A stretch of 64,000 bases of DNA from the IMG/VR virus record IMGVR_UViG_3300027777_000001, positions 10,080 to 74,079 of that record; one strand, written 5' to 3'. How positions within the stretch are numbered: the stretch's first letter is position 1; each line of letters starts with the position of its first letter. The position numbers were made by a program, and so were the translations under genes. Below, piece by piece: positions 38,919-47,888 of this stretch. The stretch comes from a virus. Under the pieces are notes generated by a model that saw nothing but the letters and a program-made list of their open reading frames with translations, made no database searches and had not been told where the DNA came from.

Positions 38919-39437
38919 TTAAAGGATTAGGTTCTTAGCCATACGCTGACCCATGAGACTTAAGGATTCAGAGTTCTTAGCCAGTAGGGTTTCGATCTTC
39001 TCCTCAGAGGCAGTACATACCCTACAAGGACAAGTGCTAATTAACTTGTTCAAGGGTGCGTGCATATAAGTGGGAAGCATCCGAAGGTAGTCTTTCAGAC
39101 TGTCAGAGCTGTTGAGCACTTGGTTAAAGAAGTTCAAGACATAGGGCAGCTCATGGTCATTGAGTACTTTGATATCTTTAAGATATGTTTCCATCACAGA
39201 ACGAAGCTCAGGCACCAAGCGATTGAATTTCACAGGTGGTTTAGAGGTCTCTAGGGTATAGAGGTCTCCCCGATAGATAAATGACCTATGAGGGCTATTG
39301 ATCAAGCCACTGTTCTGAGTGATGAGAGCATCAATACGCTTCTTAAAATGCCTATCAATAGGAGCGTATAAGGTGTTGTAAAGCAGCTCCTTGATTTGCA
39401 TCTTGGTTCTGGGGTCGTACTGTAGTGGGTCTGACAT
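38919..39437 (-). CDS. Hypothetical protein between helicase and polymerase
   Basis: 172 aa in operon. Confidence 0.7.
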   Translation of the reverse strand: MSDPLQYDPRTKMQIKELLYNTLYAPIDRHFKKRIDALITQNSGLINSPHRSFIYRGDLYTLETSKPPVKFNRLVPELRSVMETYLKDIKVLNDHELPYVLNFFNQVLNSSDSLKDYLRMLPTYMHAPLNKLISTCPCRVCTASEEKIETLLAKNSESLSLMGQRMAKNLIL

Positions 39438-39444
39438 ATATTGC

Positions 39445-40686
39445 CTAGGAGAAATCTCCGGTTAAGATCACTTGATGACGAGCACGACTGACTGAGACAT
39501 ACAGCATTCGAGCTATCTGATCGCCTGAGTTACAGCGAGAGATATCATCAAGATCAATAAAGACACGGTCAAAGGTGGAACCCTGTGACTTATTAACGGT
39601 GCAGGCATACGCTGCACGTAGATCGATCCATCTGTTCTCGATGGTTTCAATCAATGAGTAATCATCTTGTGCTCGAGCTAACTTAATTCGAGCACGTTTA
39701 GAAGCCAAGGTAATTGGACTAAACAAGGTAGCTGCGTTATCAAGGGTAAAGTAATGACCCATTACACCTGCCACTTCCTGTGGGTCTGAGATCTCAGTGA
39801 TCTGAACCATTTGATCAGTCTTAAAGGATCGACTTCCATCACCCACGTATTTATTGCAGATAGCGTAATCACCAACTTGGAAATCAGGATCTCCTTTCAC
39901 AGAGTCCCTGATAGCGTGGTTGTAATTAATGACACACTTGTTTGTCCAAGCCAAGACTTTGCTATCTTTGAAGTTCCAGTTTGGTTTGTTGAACTCGAGC
40001 TCCACAGCCGCATCAAAGTCTGCTCGAGACATATGGGTGATCGCTGTCCCATCAGGTTTAAAGCTAAAGAAGACCCCAGTGTTCACGGTCTCTCTGAACT
40101 TGGTTGAGAGATCGATAATGGGATGCCCCTCAGCTTGTCTAACCACTTGGCTCAAATGAGCCCCAGGGAAATTGCATTCAAAGACTGGAGTGTGGGTAGA
40201 CCTCACAGGGGTAAGTTGAGCAGGATCGCCCATAAAGACAATCTTGCAATTCTTGGTGGTCTTAAAGATTAGATCCAAGAGGTTCTTATCGACGTAACTG
40301 GCTTCATCAATAAAGATGAGCGTGTCTTCCACAATAGCCTTGGTTCGGGCTACAAGGGTTGTGACGTTGGTTGTGTAGTCGGTCTTCACAATCAGCCCTA
40401 GGAAGGCATGGATCGTCTGTGCGGGCTGGCCTGTGACGTAGGCCAAGGCTTCTGCTGCCTTGTTAGTGGTAGCGGTTAAAGCCACACTCAAGGATTTAAC
40501 CTTTGGGTTCAGTAGACGAGCTACTTTGAGAATCCCGTCATACTTTTCTAGGATGACACGGGTTAAGGTAGATTTCCCCGTGCCACTGTAGCCAGACAAG
40601 ACCCACACAGGTTCTGTTGGATCAACAAGAAAGGTGACAAACGAATCCAGTGCAGCTTGCTGGTCGGTGGTAAGGGTAATTGCCAT
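39445..40686 (-). CDS. Dda/RecD-like SF1 helicase (N4 gp37-like)
   Basis: GYSGTGKS, IDEAS, GDPAQL, VVRQ, KSQGSTFD, YV.VSRA. Confidence 0.92.
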   Translation of the reverse strand: MAITLTTDQQAALDSFVTFLVDPTEPVWVLSGYSGTGKSTLTRVILEKYDGILKVARLLNPKVKSLSVALTATTNKAAEALAYVTGQPAQTIHAFLGLIVKTDYTTNVTTLVARTKAIVEDTLIFIDEASYVDKNLLDLIFKTTKNCKIVFMGDPAQLTPVRSTHTPVFECNFPGAHLSQVVRQAEGHPIIDLSTKFRETVNTGVFFSFKPDGTAITHMSRADFDAAVELEFNKPNWNFKDSKVLAWTNKCVINYNHAIRDSVKGDPDFQVGDYAICNKYVGDGSRSFKTDQMVQITEISDPQEVAGVMGHYFTLDNAATLFSPITLASKRARIKLARAQDDYSLIETIENRWIDLRAAYACTVNKSQGSTFDRVFIDLDDISRCNSGDQIARMLYVSVSRARHQVILTGDFS

Positions 40687-40689
40687 GGG

Positions 40690-41013
40690 TTACTCCGTAG
40701 TCACTAATTCTGGTTGAGGGTTCTCGATTTGTTCCAACGCATCAATGGTGACATTTAATAATGCAGCCATCTTGCGTTTGCGATAATCAGATCGAGAAAT
40801 AATGGTGACTCGGACATCATCTTTAGTTAATGGTCTTACTGGGCTACCAGAACCATAATCATCAATTTTCTCGGCATTAGATAATGTATCTAGTAATGCT
40901 AAGCCTTCTTTATAAGGCAAAATAACGGATAGTGAGTAACCAAAGTTAATTGATAAATAGCCACTAATTGGTTTATTCTCGTCAACTATTTTTAATGCCT
41001 GTGCATAATCCAT
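40690..41013 (-). CDS. Hypothetical protein
   Basis: 107 aa AT-rich ORF in operon. Confidence 0.65.
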   Translation of the reverse strand: MDYAQALKIVDENKPISGYLSINFGYSLSVILPYKEGLALLDTLSNAEKIDDYGSGSPVRPLTKDDVRVTIISRSDYRKRKMAALLNVTIDALEQIENPQPELVTTE

Positions 41014-41018
41014 AATAA

Positions 41019-42122
41019 TTAACCTTTAATTTCGTAATGAATAACTTTCCCGAATGGGGCTTTGAATTTCTTATTATTATGTATTAACCAGATAACCTTA
41101 GATTTAATAATCGGATTATCAGCATGGAAATGAAAATGACCATCGGTGAATATTAATAATAACTGTGGTTTATTAATAACTGCCCAATTTAATAATGGGC
41201 CAATCTCTGTCCCGCCTCGTCCTTCAAAGCGAACCTTGCGTAGATCATTAATAGATTTCAATACAGAAACTTCTTTAATCTTTGTATCGAATTGGATTAA
41301 TGAAATCTTGCTTGGCTTCATGGTTTTAAATATAGAAGCGGTCTCAGTAATAATCATCGAGTAATCGTGATCTGAGACTGAGCCTGACGTATCTGTACCT
41401 ACAGCGATATCGAGTAACGCCTCGCTATACAGGCTAGGCAAGTAATGGTCTGGGTAATACCTACGATTAGGCTTGGCATAGCTGTAATCATTCTTGGCTA
41501 AGCTTTTGAGGTCTCGTTTGAATATCCGGTTCCAAGGAAGCTTCGGAGTGAGTAAGTTATCCAAGAAGATTTGAACTTCCCCAGGAATAGTCCCAGGCTT
41601 ATCTTCAGCCATCTTGGATTGAATGGATGCACGGATGAGGATGTCTTTAATAGCCTCATCAAAGTCCTCAGGAGGGCTTTCTAGGTCAGGCCATGGACAT
41701 CCTTTGGGAATGTCTGGATCCTCTAAGAGGAGCCTGTAGACCTCCTCTGTGGACATCCCTTTATACTTGGCATCATATAGACCCATCTTAGGCATCTTGT
41801 AGCCCAGAGAGATGAGCAAAGCATTGATCACATAATCAGCAGCAATGTTCCATAATTGTGGGTCTCGATCCGCTAAGCGGCTCATATGTACCAGTACTAC
41901 ATGGAGCGTCTCATGAAGGAGTAGGAATAGACGTTCTTCAGCATCCAGAGACATGAAGAAGTCGGAGTTAAATTTGATGTACTTACCATTTGTGCAAGCC
42001 GTGGCTTGGGTGTTATCCCAAAGATGCACCAAGCTAAATAAGACAGTGGTAAAGAAAGTTGAATCTGGATGCAGCATCAACTGAATCTTGGCTTTATTTA
42101 ATGCAAGTTGATGGGCTTCCAT
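41019..42122 (-). CDS. Metallopeptidase-like / VWA-domain protein (N4 gp25-like)
   Basis: HETLH, WNIAAD..IN, MIDAS DTSGS, GGT, FTDG. Confidence 0.88.
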   Translation of the reverse strand: MEAHQLALNKAKIQLMLHPDSTFFTTVLFSLVHLWDNTQATACTNGKYIKFNSDFFMSLDAEERLFLLLHETLHVVLVHMSRLADRDPQLWNIAADYVINALLISLGYKMPKMGLYDAKYKGMSTEEVYRLLLEDPDIPKGCPWPDLESPPEDFDEAIKDILIRASIQSKMAEDKPGTIPGEVQIFLDNLLTPKLPWNRIFKRDLKSLAKNDYSYAKPNRRYYPDHYLPSLYSEALLDIAVGTDTSGSVSDHDYSMIITETASIFKTMKPSKISLIQFDTKIKEVSVLKSINDLRKVRFEGRGGTEIGPLLNWAVINKPQLLLIFTDGHFHFHADNPIIKSKVIWLIHNNKKFKAPFGKVIHYEIKG

Positions 42123-42139
42123 TATGTGCTCTTTATAAT

Positions 42140-42164
42140 AAAAAAAGAGAGCACTAGGCTCTCT
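42140..42164 (-). terminator. Probable intrinsic terminator
   Basis: agagagc-actag-gctctct with U-tract on - strand. Confidence 0.55.
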
Positions 42165-42209
42165 ACGGGATTATGTGCGGGGAGCGCACCTGATTAATAT
42201 TAATAATAA

Positions 42210-42659
42210 CTAACCTGTGATTAATCGTCTGGCTCTATATATTCTGCCATATTCGATTTGATTATCCCAAGAGGGTTCTGCAACACTTTCACTGAAGGTA
42301 TTAATATAATAAATTAATCCAGCGTGATCATTCTTTAATTCTTCAAGAGTATTTAAACTTGGATAACGCTCATTTTGTAGAACCATTTTTCTAATGAGTT
42401 TACCTGTACTAGAGAACCTTACATAATGATCTTCCCCATCCATGGATCTATCACTATCGGCAGATATATTAAATGGAATACCTAATTTACATATTCTTGT
42501 ACAAAGGTCGGGTTCAAGACTTTCACTATCAGAACTAAAATAATATGTATTAATACCTTGCCATGCTTGCCAACTATCTTTTCTATCACCTAATCGACTT
42601 TTAATCATAGGAAAGATAATCGGGTGTAATACAGACAACGTAGATAATGTAGTATCCAT
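42210..42659 (-). CDS. Hypothetical protein (AT-rich)
   Basis: 149 aa, SD aagga. Confidence 0.6.
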   Translation of the reverse strand: MDTTLSTLSVLHPIIFPMIKSRLGDRKDSWQAWQGINTYYFSSDSESLEPDLCTRICKLGIPFNISADSDRSMDGEDHYVRFSSTGKLIRKMVLQNERYPSLNTLEELKNDHAGLIYYINTFSESVAEPSWDNQIEYGRIYRARRLITG

Positions 42660-42725
42660 AACAATCCTTATTATTAATAATGGGGAATTAATAATCTATT
42701 ATTAATATTATTAATCCCCACTGTA

Positions 42726-43742
42726 TTAAGTAAATATGTCCACACTTGTTTTCTGAGACCATGTAATGATGGCGATGTGTCCAGCTAAAGCCACATTTCG
42801 TTTAATGGTTTCCCTCAGACAGACCACTTGAAACTCGGTAGGGAACCTATAGATGTAGCGCATCAAGGTGGTCAGGTTCTTATCCGTAGCGTTATGAGCC
42901 ATGGAGCTACACATTGCCCAGACAATTGAAGGCTCAGTTGGTACGGCAATCAGATCAGGGCTTGCCATGACTTCGATGATCGTAGGAATACTTGCGAACA
43001 TCTTGCGATGGGACATGAATTCCCGTGCAGCACCCTCAGCAATGCAGCCTGAGATCAAGCGCAGCATATTGGGGTCATTGGGTACAGCAGTCTTTAAGAC
43101 ACGATCCACAAAGCCCCAAGTCCTTGGGCAAGCAAAGGTCTTGTCTGAGTGATCAGGATCAAAGTTATGCAGGATTCCGGGTTTGAACTTGATAAAGGAG
43201 GTAATACTTGGATCGATATGATGGGTTGCTGCCCAATCCAACCATTCCAAGTGATTCCCTTCCAACTCAATGTGAACCAGCCTAGATTGCAAGGCTGTAC
43301 TCATGGGTTCAACCAAGGCGTTGTCTGAATCCTTATTACCTGCACAGACGATGGCTACTTTGGAATGCAGACGCTTTTGCCCGACCATCTTATCCAAGAC
43401 AATCTTGTAACTAGCTTTCTGTACGTTCTCGGTAGCCCCGTTGAACTCATCCAAGAAGAGCAGCCAACCTGAGTAACCCTCAGGAAGAGGATCACCTTCA
43501 AGAGGGAAGGTATCCATAGGCACATAAGATGCACGATCTACGCCTAGCTTAGGAAAGCCATTGAGATCACTTGGATCACATTGGGAGAGCCTAAGATCGA
43601 TGACCAGTAGGTTGAAATCAGCAGCGATCTGTTTGATCATGTCTGACTTACCCATCCCTGGGCTGCCTGTCATCATCGGCACCAAACCTGCTTTGATGTA
43701 GGTGACAAGCATTGATGATGCTTGGCTAATATAAGTTTCCAT
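42726..43742 (-). CDS. MoxR-like AAA ATPase (N4 gp24-like)
   Basis: GSPGMGKS, LFLDE, AGN, AL.SR, PRTW. Confidence 0.9.
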   Translation of the reverse strand: METYISQASSMLVTYIKAGLVPMMTGSPGMGKSDMIKQIAADFNLLVIDLRLSQCDPSDLNGFPKLGVDRASYVPMDTFPLEGDPLPEGYSGWLLFLDEFNGATENVQKASYKIVLDKMVGQKRLHSKVAIVCAGNKDSDNALVEPMSTALQSRLVHIELEGNHLEWLDWAATHHIDPSITSFIKFKPGILHNFDPDHSDKTFACPRTWGFVDRVLKTAVPNDPNMLRLISGCIAEGAAREFMSHRKMFASIPTIIEVMASPDLIAVPTEPSIVWAMCSSMAHNATDKNLTTLMRYIYRFPTEFQVVCLRETIKRNVALAGHIAIITWSQKTSVDIFT

Positions 43743-43745
43743 GGT

Positions 43746-43964
43746 TTAGTCCAGATTTAATTGATGGATAACGGGGAGCTTGAGCTTTAAATTAAGCTGC
43801 AAGAAGTTGATACTGTCGGTCTTGAATTCCATGTCTTCACGGTTGCTAAGACACTGACCGAGGTAAGTGTGTAAGCCCTCGAGGTATTCCCAAGCGAGAG
43901 CGTCTGTCTTATATTTCTCAGTAATGGCTTCGTATCTGAAGCTATGGGTTACGGGCATAATCAT
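43746..43964 (-). CDS. Hypothetical protein
   Basis: 72 aa, coupled. Confidence 0.5.
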   Translation of the reverse strand: MIMPVTHSFRYEAITEKYKTDALAWEYLEGLHTYLGQCLSNREDMEFKTDSINFLQLNLKLKLPVIHQLNLD

Positions 43965-44131
43965 TCACCTGCATTAAGTTTGGTTAATCCACGATGCATG
44001 GCCTTGATTGCTTGGCGTTTCATTCGACGCTTCGCACAGGCTGCATACTTGTTTCCTGATTGGGGAGCACAACAGTGACACTTCATTCCCCCCGGCCCCA
44101 CTAGGGTGAAGCGTTTAAAGAGACCTTTCAT
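43961..44131 (-). CDS. Small basic protein
   Basis: Start MKGLFKR; GPGG.KC.CC motif. Confidence 0.55.
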   Translation of the reverse strand: MKGLFKRFTLVGPGGMKCHCCAPQSGNKYAACAKRRMKRQAIKAMHRGLTKLNAGE

Positions 44132-44463
44132 GCTTCTTGCCTTAGTTCTTGGATCATCCATTCGATCCATGCAATGCGTCCTAGCTGAAACATGAGCTCT
44201 TTGTTTGGTGATTGGTTCAGTAATGCTGGATGGTTAACTGCAATCCAATCTACATAGGTATTTTGATCTCCAAGAGACTTTAATATCCAGTCTCGTAAAT
44301 ACCTGTAATCAGCTAATACTCCACTAAATTCTCTTAACTCTTGCGCTGCATAGTGGAGTGCATAGCAAATGTAGAGACCCCGATTAGCCGAAATTAACTT
44401 TTTTGAGTAGTTAAGGAGGTAAATACATACCATCCTGTCGTGCTCAATAAGCTTTCGTTTCAT
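44128..44463 (-). CDS. Hypothetical protein
   Basis: YIC.AL and R.AW..W motifs; SD gagg. Confidence 0.6.
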   Translation of the reverse strand: MKRKLIEHDRMVCIYLLNYSKKLISANRGLYICYALHYAAQELREFSGVLADYRYLRDWILKSLGDQNTYVDWIAVNHPALLNQSPNKELMFQLGRIAWIEWMIQELRQEA

Positions 44464-44471
44464 GGATCACC

Positions 44472-44636
44472 TCATTCAAAGAAAGCAACGATTCCAATCA
44501 GAGACAGGAATCCAAGGGCAATCAAGATTCCCTGGCCAACACGGGCTACCCCTGTACTAATCTTGGATTCAAGATGGGTTTGTTGAGCGAGTCTGTCTAA
44601 CTCATGCCAGCCTTGGCTATGGTGGCTGCGCTTCAT
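44472..44636 (-). CDS. Small membrane protein (not in ORF track)
   Basis: MKRSHH..., 54 aa, C-terminal TM. Confidence 0.5.
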   Translation of the reverse strand: MKRSHHSQGWHELDRLAQQTHLESKISTGVARVGQGILIALGFLSLIGIVAFFE

Positions 44637-44812
44637 CGATCGATCGACTCACGACCACCCATAGAACGGGTGTAGAGCAGGCCTGTGGAGCCAATGGACA
44701 TGACACTAGGTTGCGCCAGTGCAGCACGCTGGGCGTTGATCTGCATGGCTAGGTTGTGGCTATAAGCCTTTGGTGGGGAGACTGTCTGATTCAGGGCTGT
44801 GGTTGTTTTCAT
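44633..44812 (-). CDS. Hypothetical protein
   Basis: Probable start MKTTTA; coupled downstream. Confidence 0.45.
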   Translation of the reverse strand: MKTTTALNQTVSPPKAYSHNLAMQINAQRAALAQPSVMSIGSTGLLYTRSMGGRESIDR

Positions 44813-45065
44813 CTTGGACTCGAAGTAGGGTGTTGTGATAGGTGTACAGAATCGCTGCCATGTCATTGGGCTTGGCGATAGGAAGCATGGATTGAGCAAG
44901 GTCGATCACATCTTGCAACTTATCGAGAGTCGGATAGACTCCCATGGCATGAGGGACTGGATTAGTGCTGTGTTTCAAGATGGATCTGCTCCGGTGTTGA
45001 TTCAGCAGGCAAGCCTTCTTGAACACGTTGAGCTTTGATCTGCTCGATGATCTTGGCAATCCCAC
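44760..45065 (-). CDS. Hypothetical protein of N4-like phages (start uncertain)
   Basis: PI...N....L.TYHNTLL motif. Confidence 0.6.
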   Translation of the reverse strand: MGLPRSSSRSKLNVFKKACLLNQHRSRSILKHSTNPVPHAMGVYPTLDKLQDVIDLAQSMLPIAKPNDMAAILYTYHNTLLRVQDENNHSPESDSLPTKGL

Positions 45066-45393
45066 TGGAATAGAACAAGCCAGCCAATTGACCTGAGGTG
45101 CAACTGTTTAGATACTCTTGGACATTTGCAGGGGTTAAGGCAGGCGTTGAGAGGGCTCTGGCAAGGCCTTCTGGCTCCAAGCTGTATTCATCCACGATAG
45201 CCATGAAAGACCGGATACGGTCTGTTATACGGTTCACAGGAGGTGGTGAGATTCCAGCCTCTACGAGCACACGGTTGACAGTCCGTTTAGAGGTCTTAAA
45301 CTTTTCTGCGAGCTCGGTTTGGTTGAATATATCAGCCCGAAACCAGTCGGCAAGGAGTTGCTTTTCAGCAAGGGAAATACACTTTACGGTCAT
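44962..45393 (-). CDS. HTH DNA-binding protein
   Basis: NQTELAEKFKTSKRTVNRVL helix-turn-helix. Confidence 0.7.
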   Translation of the reverse strand: MTVKCISLAEKQLLADWFRADIFNQTELAEKFKTSKRTVNRVLVEAGISPPPVNRITDRIRSFMAIVDEYSLEPEGLARALSTPALTPANVQEYLNSCTSGQLAGLFYSSGIAKIIEQIKAQRVQEGLPAESTPEQIHLETQH

Positions 45394-45504
45394 TTTGAAA
45401 TCCTAGTTAGGGTATCGGTCGCTTTAGTCAAAAATCAGATTTTTGAAAAGTTAGACTATGTATTGGGGCAAAATAGAAGTCTGCTAAAACTTCTATAAAT
45501 GGAC

Positions 45505-45531
45505 AAAAAAAAAGAGACCCCGAAGGGTCTC
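45505..45531 (-). terminator. Intrinsic terminator after RNAPII (UUCG loop)
   Basis: - strand gagaccc-ttcg-gggtctc-ttttttttt. Confidence 0.85.
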
Positions 45532-45584
45532 AATCTATATTTCACCGACTTCCCGGAGGGAAGCTCTGTGAGTACTTCTAATAG

Positions 45585-46411
45585 TTATGACAAGGCATAG
45601 TTCCCTAGCCTGATGTGTACGCCTAGGTCTTTACTCTTCTTCATCCACTTTCCCTTGTAGCCAGTGATCTGGGTAAGAACATCGGACAAGATCTCACTCT
45701 CGGCTAGATCAGCCATCACGTAGATGTACTGTTGACGAAGATGGTTCAGGTTATTAGGGTGACACTTGAACTCATCATGGATCGTCACTAGAGGGAAGGG
45801 TGCATACATCTGCATCTGGTCGATGAGAGTAGACAACTTCTCTAAGTGTGCTGTGGATAACTGATCCACAGTCTTGGTTGTTAGATGAGGCAGGATCACC
45901 ACATCAGCTAACTTGCTACGGTTGAACTGCTCGATGTAATACATTGTTTTACCTGACAAGGCAGGTGAGCTGAAGTTTGGATACATTCTTCGGACATCTA
46001 ATGTGTCCTTGATTAGAGCCTGAGCATTGCTGACAACTACTGGATCGTAGTTACAACGCCTGTGCATAGCCCGTAATACGTAACCATCGATGCTATGTAT
46101 ACAATTCGCCGCCAGTGATAATCCCTTCTTAGTCCCTACATTGTCATAGTAGGTATAGGTGAAGGTGGCATGATCTAACTCATCAACCTCGATGCGTGCA
46201 TCGATCTTGTCCATGACTTTGACCTTGGCATCATACCCATCGGGTAATTGCCAAGCGTGCTCCAAAGCCCATGGTTGCCATGATGCAAGCAGGTCTTGGA
46301 GAAGCTCCCAAGGCCCGGGTGCCACGATCTGAGCTGCCTGATAGAAGGCATCCAGTTCAGGACTATCCTCGCCAAATATGGCTTTGGGAGTCTTTTTACT
46401 ACCGTAGAAAG
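45585..46411 (-). CDS. RNA polymerase II large subunit (N4 gp16-like), exon 2
   Basis: (S)FYGSKK..., AN.IHSIDG, IHDEF motif C; in frame with exon 1 after splicing. Confidence 0.9.
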
Positions 46412-47247
46412 CAATGTGTTCAGGATAGTTCGTTAAGCTATCCCCGCTTTATTCAAGCTGCTATGTATTCCTACATAGATCAGACTATATCTTCACCCAT
46501 CACTGGGGTTCTGCGCTTCCACCCACTTGGGTGTACTCCCTTACGGGATAGTCGTTGCACCTTTTACAACAGCTTTACACATCTGGATAAATAGTTCTTC
46601 ATCCAAATCGCCTTTTGCTCTATTAACAGCCCATGCTACCCATTGAACATTACCCTGTGTGTACCCTAATTTAGGTTGCAGTTTGTCAATTGACAATCCA
46701 GCAGGGTGTTCTTTTTCAACGAATAGTGATTGGTTGGTGTATTTACACTTCCCATTTTGCTGTTTCCAGAGGTCAAGCATATATTCCATAGTGATATTAA
46801 ATGGGCGTTCGTTTCGTTTGTTGTTGGTTTTTGCTGAAGATATCCTCTGGCAAATAGCAGAAACTAACTTACGTTCGTCCCCTTTATATGGTGCAAATCG
46901 GCCTGTGCCATCGTAGCCTTTATGTTTAGCTCGCCATTCTCTAGCTTCTTTTGCTAGACACACACGACATTCTGGTTTGAAATCAGCAATGACGTTGGCG
47001 TTGAATTGTGAGCTGTTTTTACTTTTGGCGGGGCCGTATGCATTTAAAGGTTTAATTTCATTACAGATCCGACAGGTTTTCATCGTATTCCTATAGGTAA
47101 AGTCATAGAAGTATTTTACGATTATTTCTACGGAATAGCTATCATAACTTGGCTCAGGATTGTCCTTATTTTTCAATAGTGGGATGTTCCCTGAGTTCAC
47201 AGAATTGCGTATTTCTAGTTGCCTAGAAAGTGACCCCTTTTATTCTA
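46412..47247 (-). mobile_element. Group I intron (IA-like), 836 nt
   Basis: 5' exon ends in U paired with G in P1; terminal G; P aactcagggaac (47186-97), Q aatcctgagc (47152-61), R gtgcaacgacta (46549-60), S aagatatagtc (46483-93). Confidence 0.9.
46541..47083 (-). CDS. Intron-encoded homing endonuclease (HNH/His-Me-like)
   Basis: Start MKTCRIC with SD agga; CxxC pairs; SIDK....GY..GNVQWV...VN.AK. Confidence 0.8.
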   Translation of the reverse strand: MKTCRICNEIKPLNAYGPAKSKNSSQFNANVIADFKPECRVCLAKEAREWRAKHKGYDGTGRFAPYKGDERKLVSAICQRISSAKTNNKRNERPFNITMEYMLDLWKQQNGKCKYTNQSLFVEKEHPAGLSIDKLQPKLGYTQGNVQWVAWAVNRAKGDLDEELFIQMCKAVVKGATTIP

Positions 47248-47659
47248 AGGTCATTAGACACTTCTTGGCATCTGCTCGAGGGATTGTGATGTTGCTCCCC
47301 AAGATGGCATTCATCGTATCTGTGGTCAGGGTGTATGCGTCTGCTCGGACATTGGGGTTCGTTAAGCCCGTAGACGCAGCACCCGCAGGGCATCCTGTGA
47401 TAGCAGCCATGATCTGAATGCCTGAACATACAGCATCAAATCCAACCAAGTGTCCAGAGGGTTCCCCCCTCTGTGCTGCTCGGATAGCTTGGCAAGCCTT
47501 CATGTACAAAGGCTTCTTATCAGCCTGATCTACTAGGCTCTCTAAGATATCCAAGTTAGCCTCGGCCCATGTAATACGTTCCTCGAATAGAAGTTTGTCG
47601 ATACCGAATTGGTTTGCGACATCAATGAGTAAGTACTGCCAGCCTGTGAAGGTTTGCAT
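47248..47659 (-). CDS. RNA polymerase II large subunit (N4 gp16-like), exon 1
   Basis: MQTFTGWQYLLID.AN.FG.DK, motif A FDAVCSGIQ, first half of motif B RADAKKCLMT. Confidence 0.9.
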
Positions 47660-47669
47660 GATTAGACCT

Positions 47670-47888
47670 TTATGGGAATAGAATTGCCATGGCACGGATG
47701 TGCTTGGGTATGTTGTCGTGATTGGGTATCCACTGCCAATCGTATCCGCCGATACCTTTATCCATACAGAGGTACCAATTTTCTCCAAATTTCTTATATG
47801 TTCCTAAAATCCGTTCGGTACCCCAATCATCCCCATTGGGGAAGACTAGAACCTCACCGTTGGGACTGAAGTGATACTTTGATTTCAT
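47670..47888 (-). CDS. Small hypothetical protein between RNAPII subunit genes
   Basis: 72 aa, ATGA-coupled, SD ggag. Confidence 0.6.
   Translation of the reverse strand: MKSKYHFSPNGEVLVFPNGDDWGTERILGTYKKFGENWYLCMDKGIGGYDWQWIPNHDNIPKHIRAMAILFP

Noticed and set aside
44962-45393. HTH protein as CI repressor
   Set aside because: No peptidase domain, divergent partner or evident operators; lies co-directional in the middle operon; role left open
45585-47788. RNAPII gene as a pseudogene or as naturally split ORFs with a free-standing nuclease
   Set aside because: Group I core elements and precise restoration of motif B on splicing explain the break better
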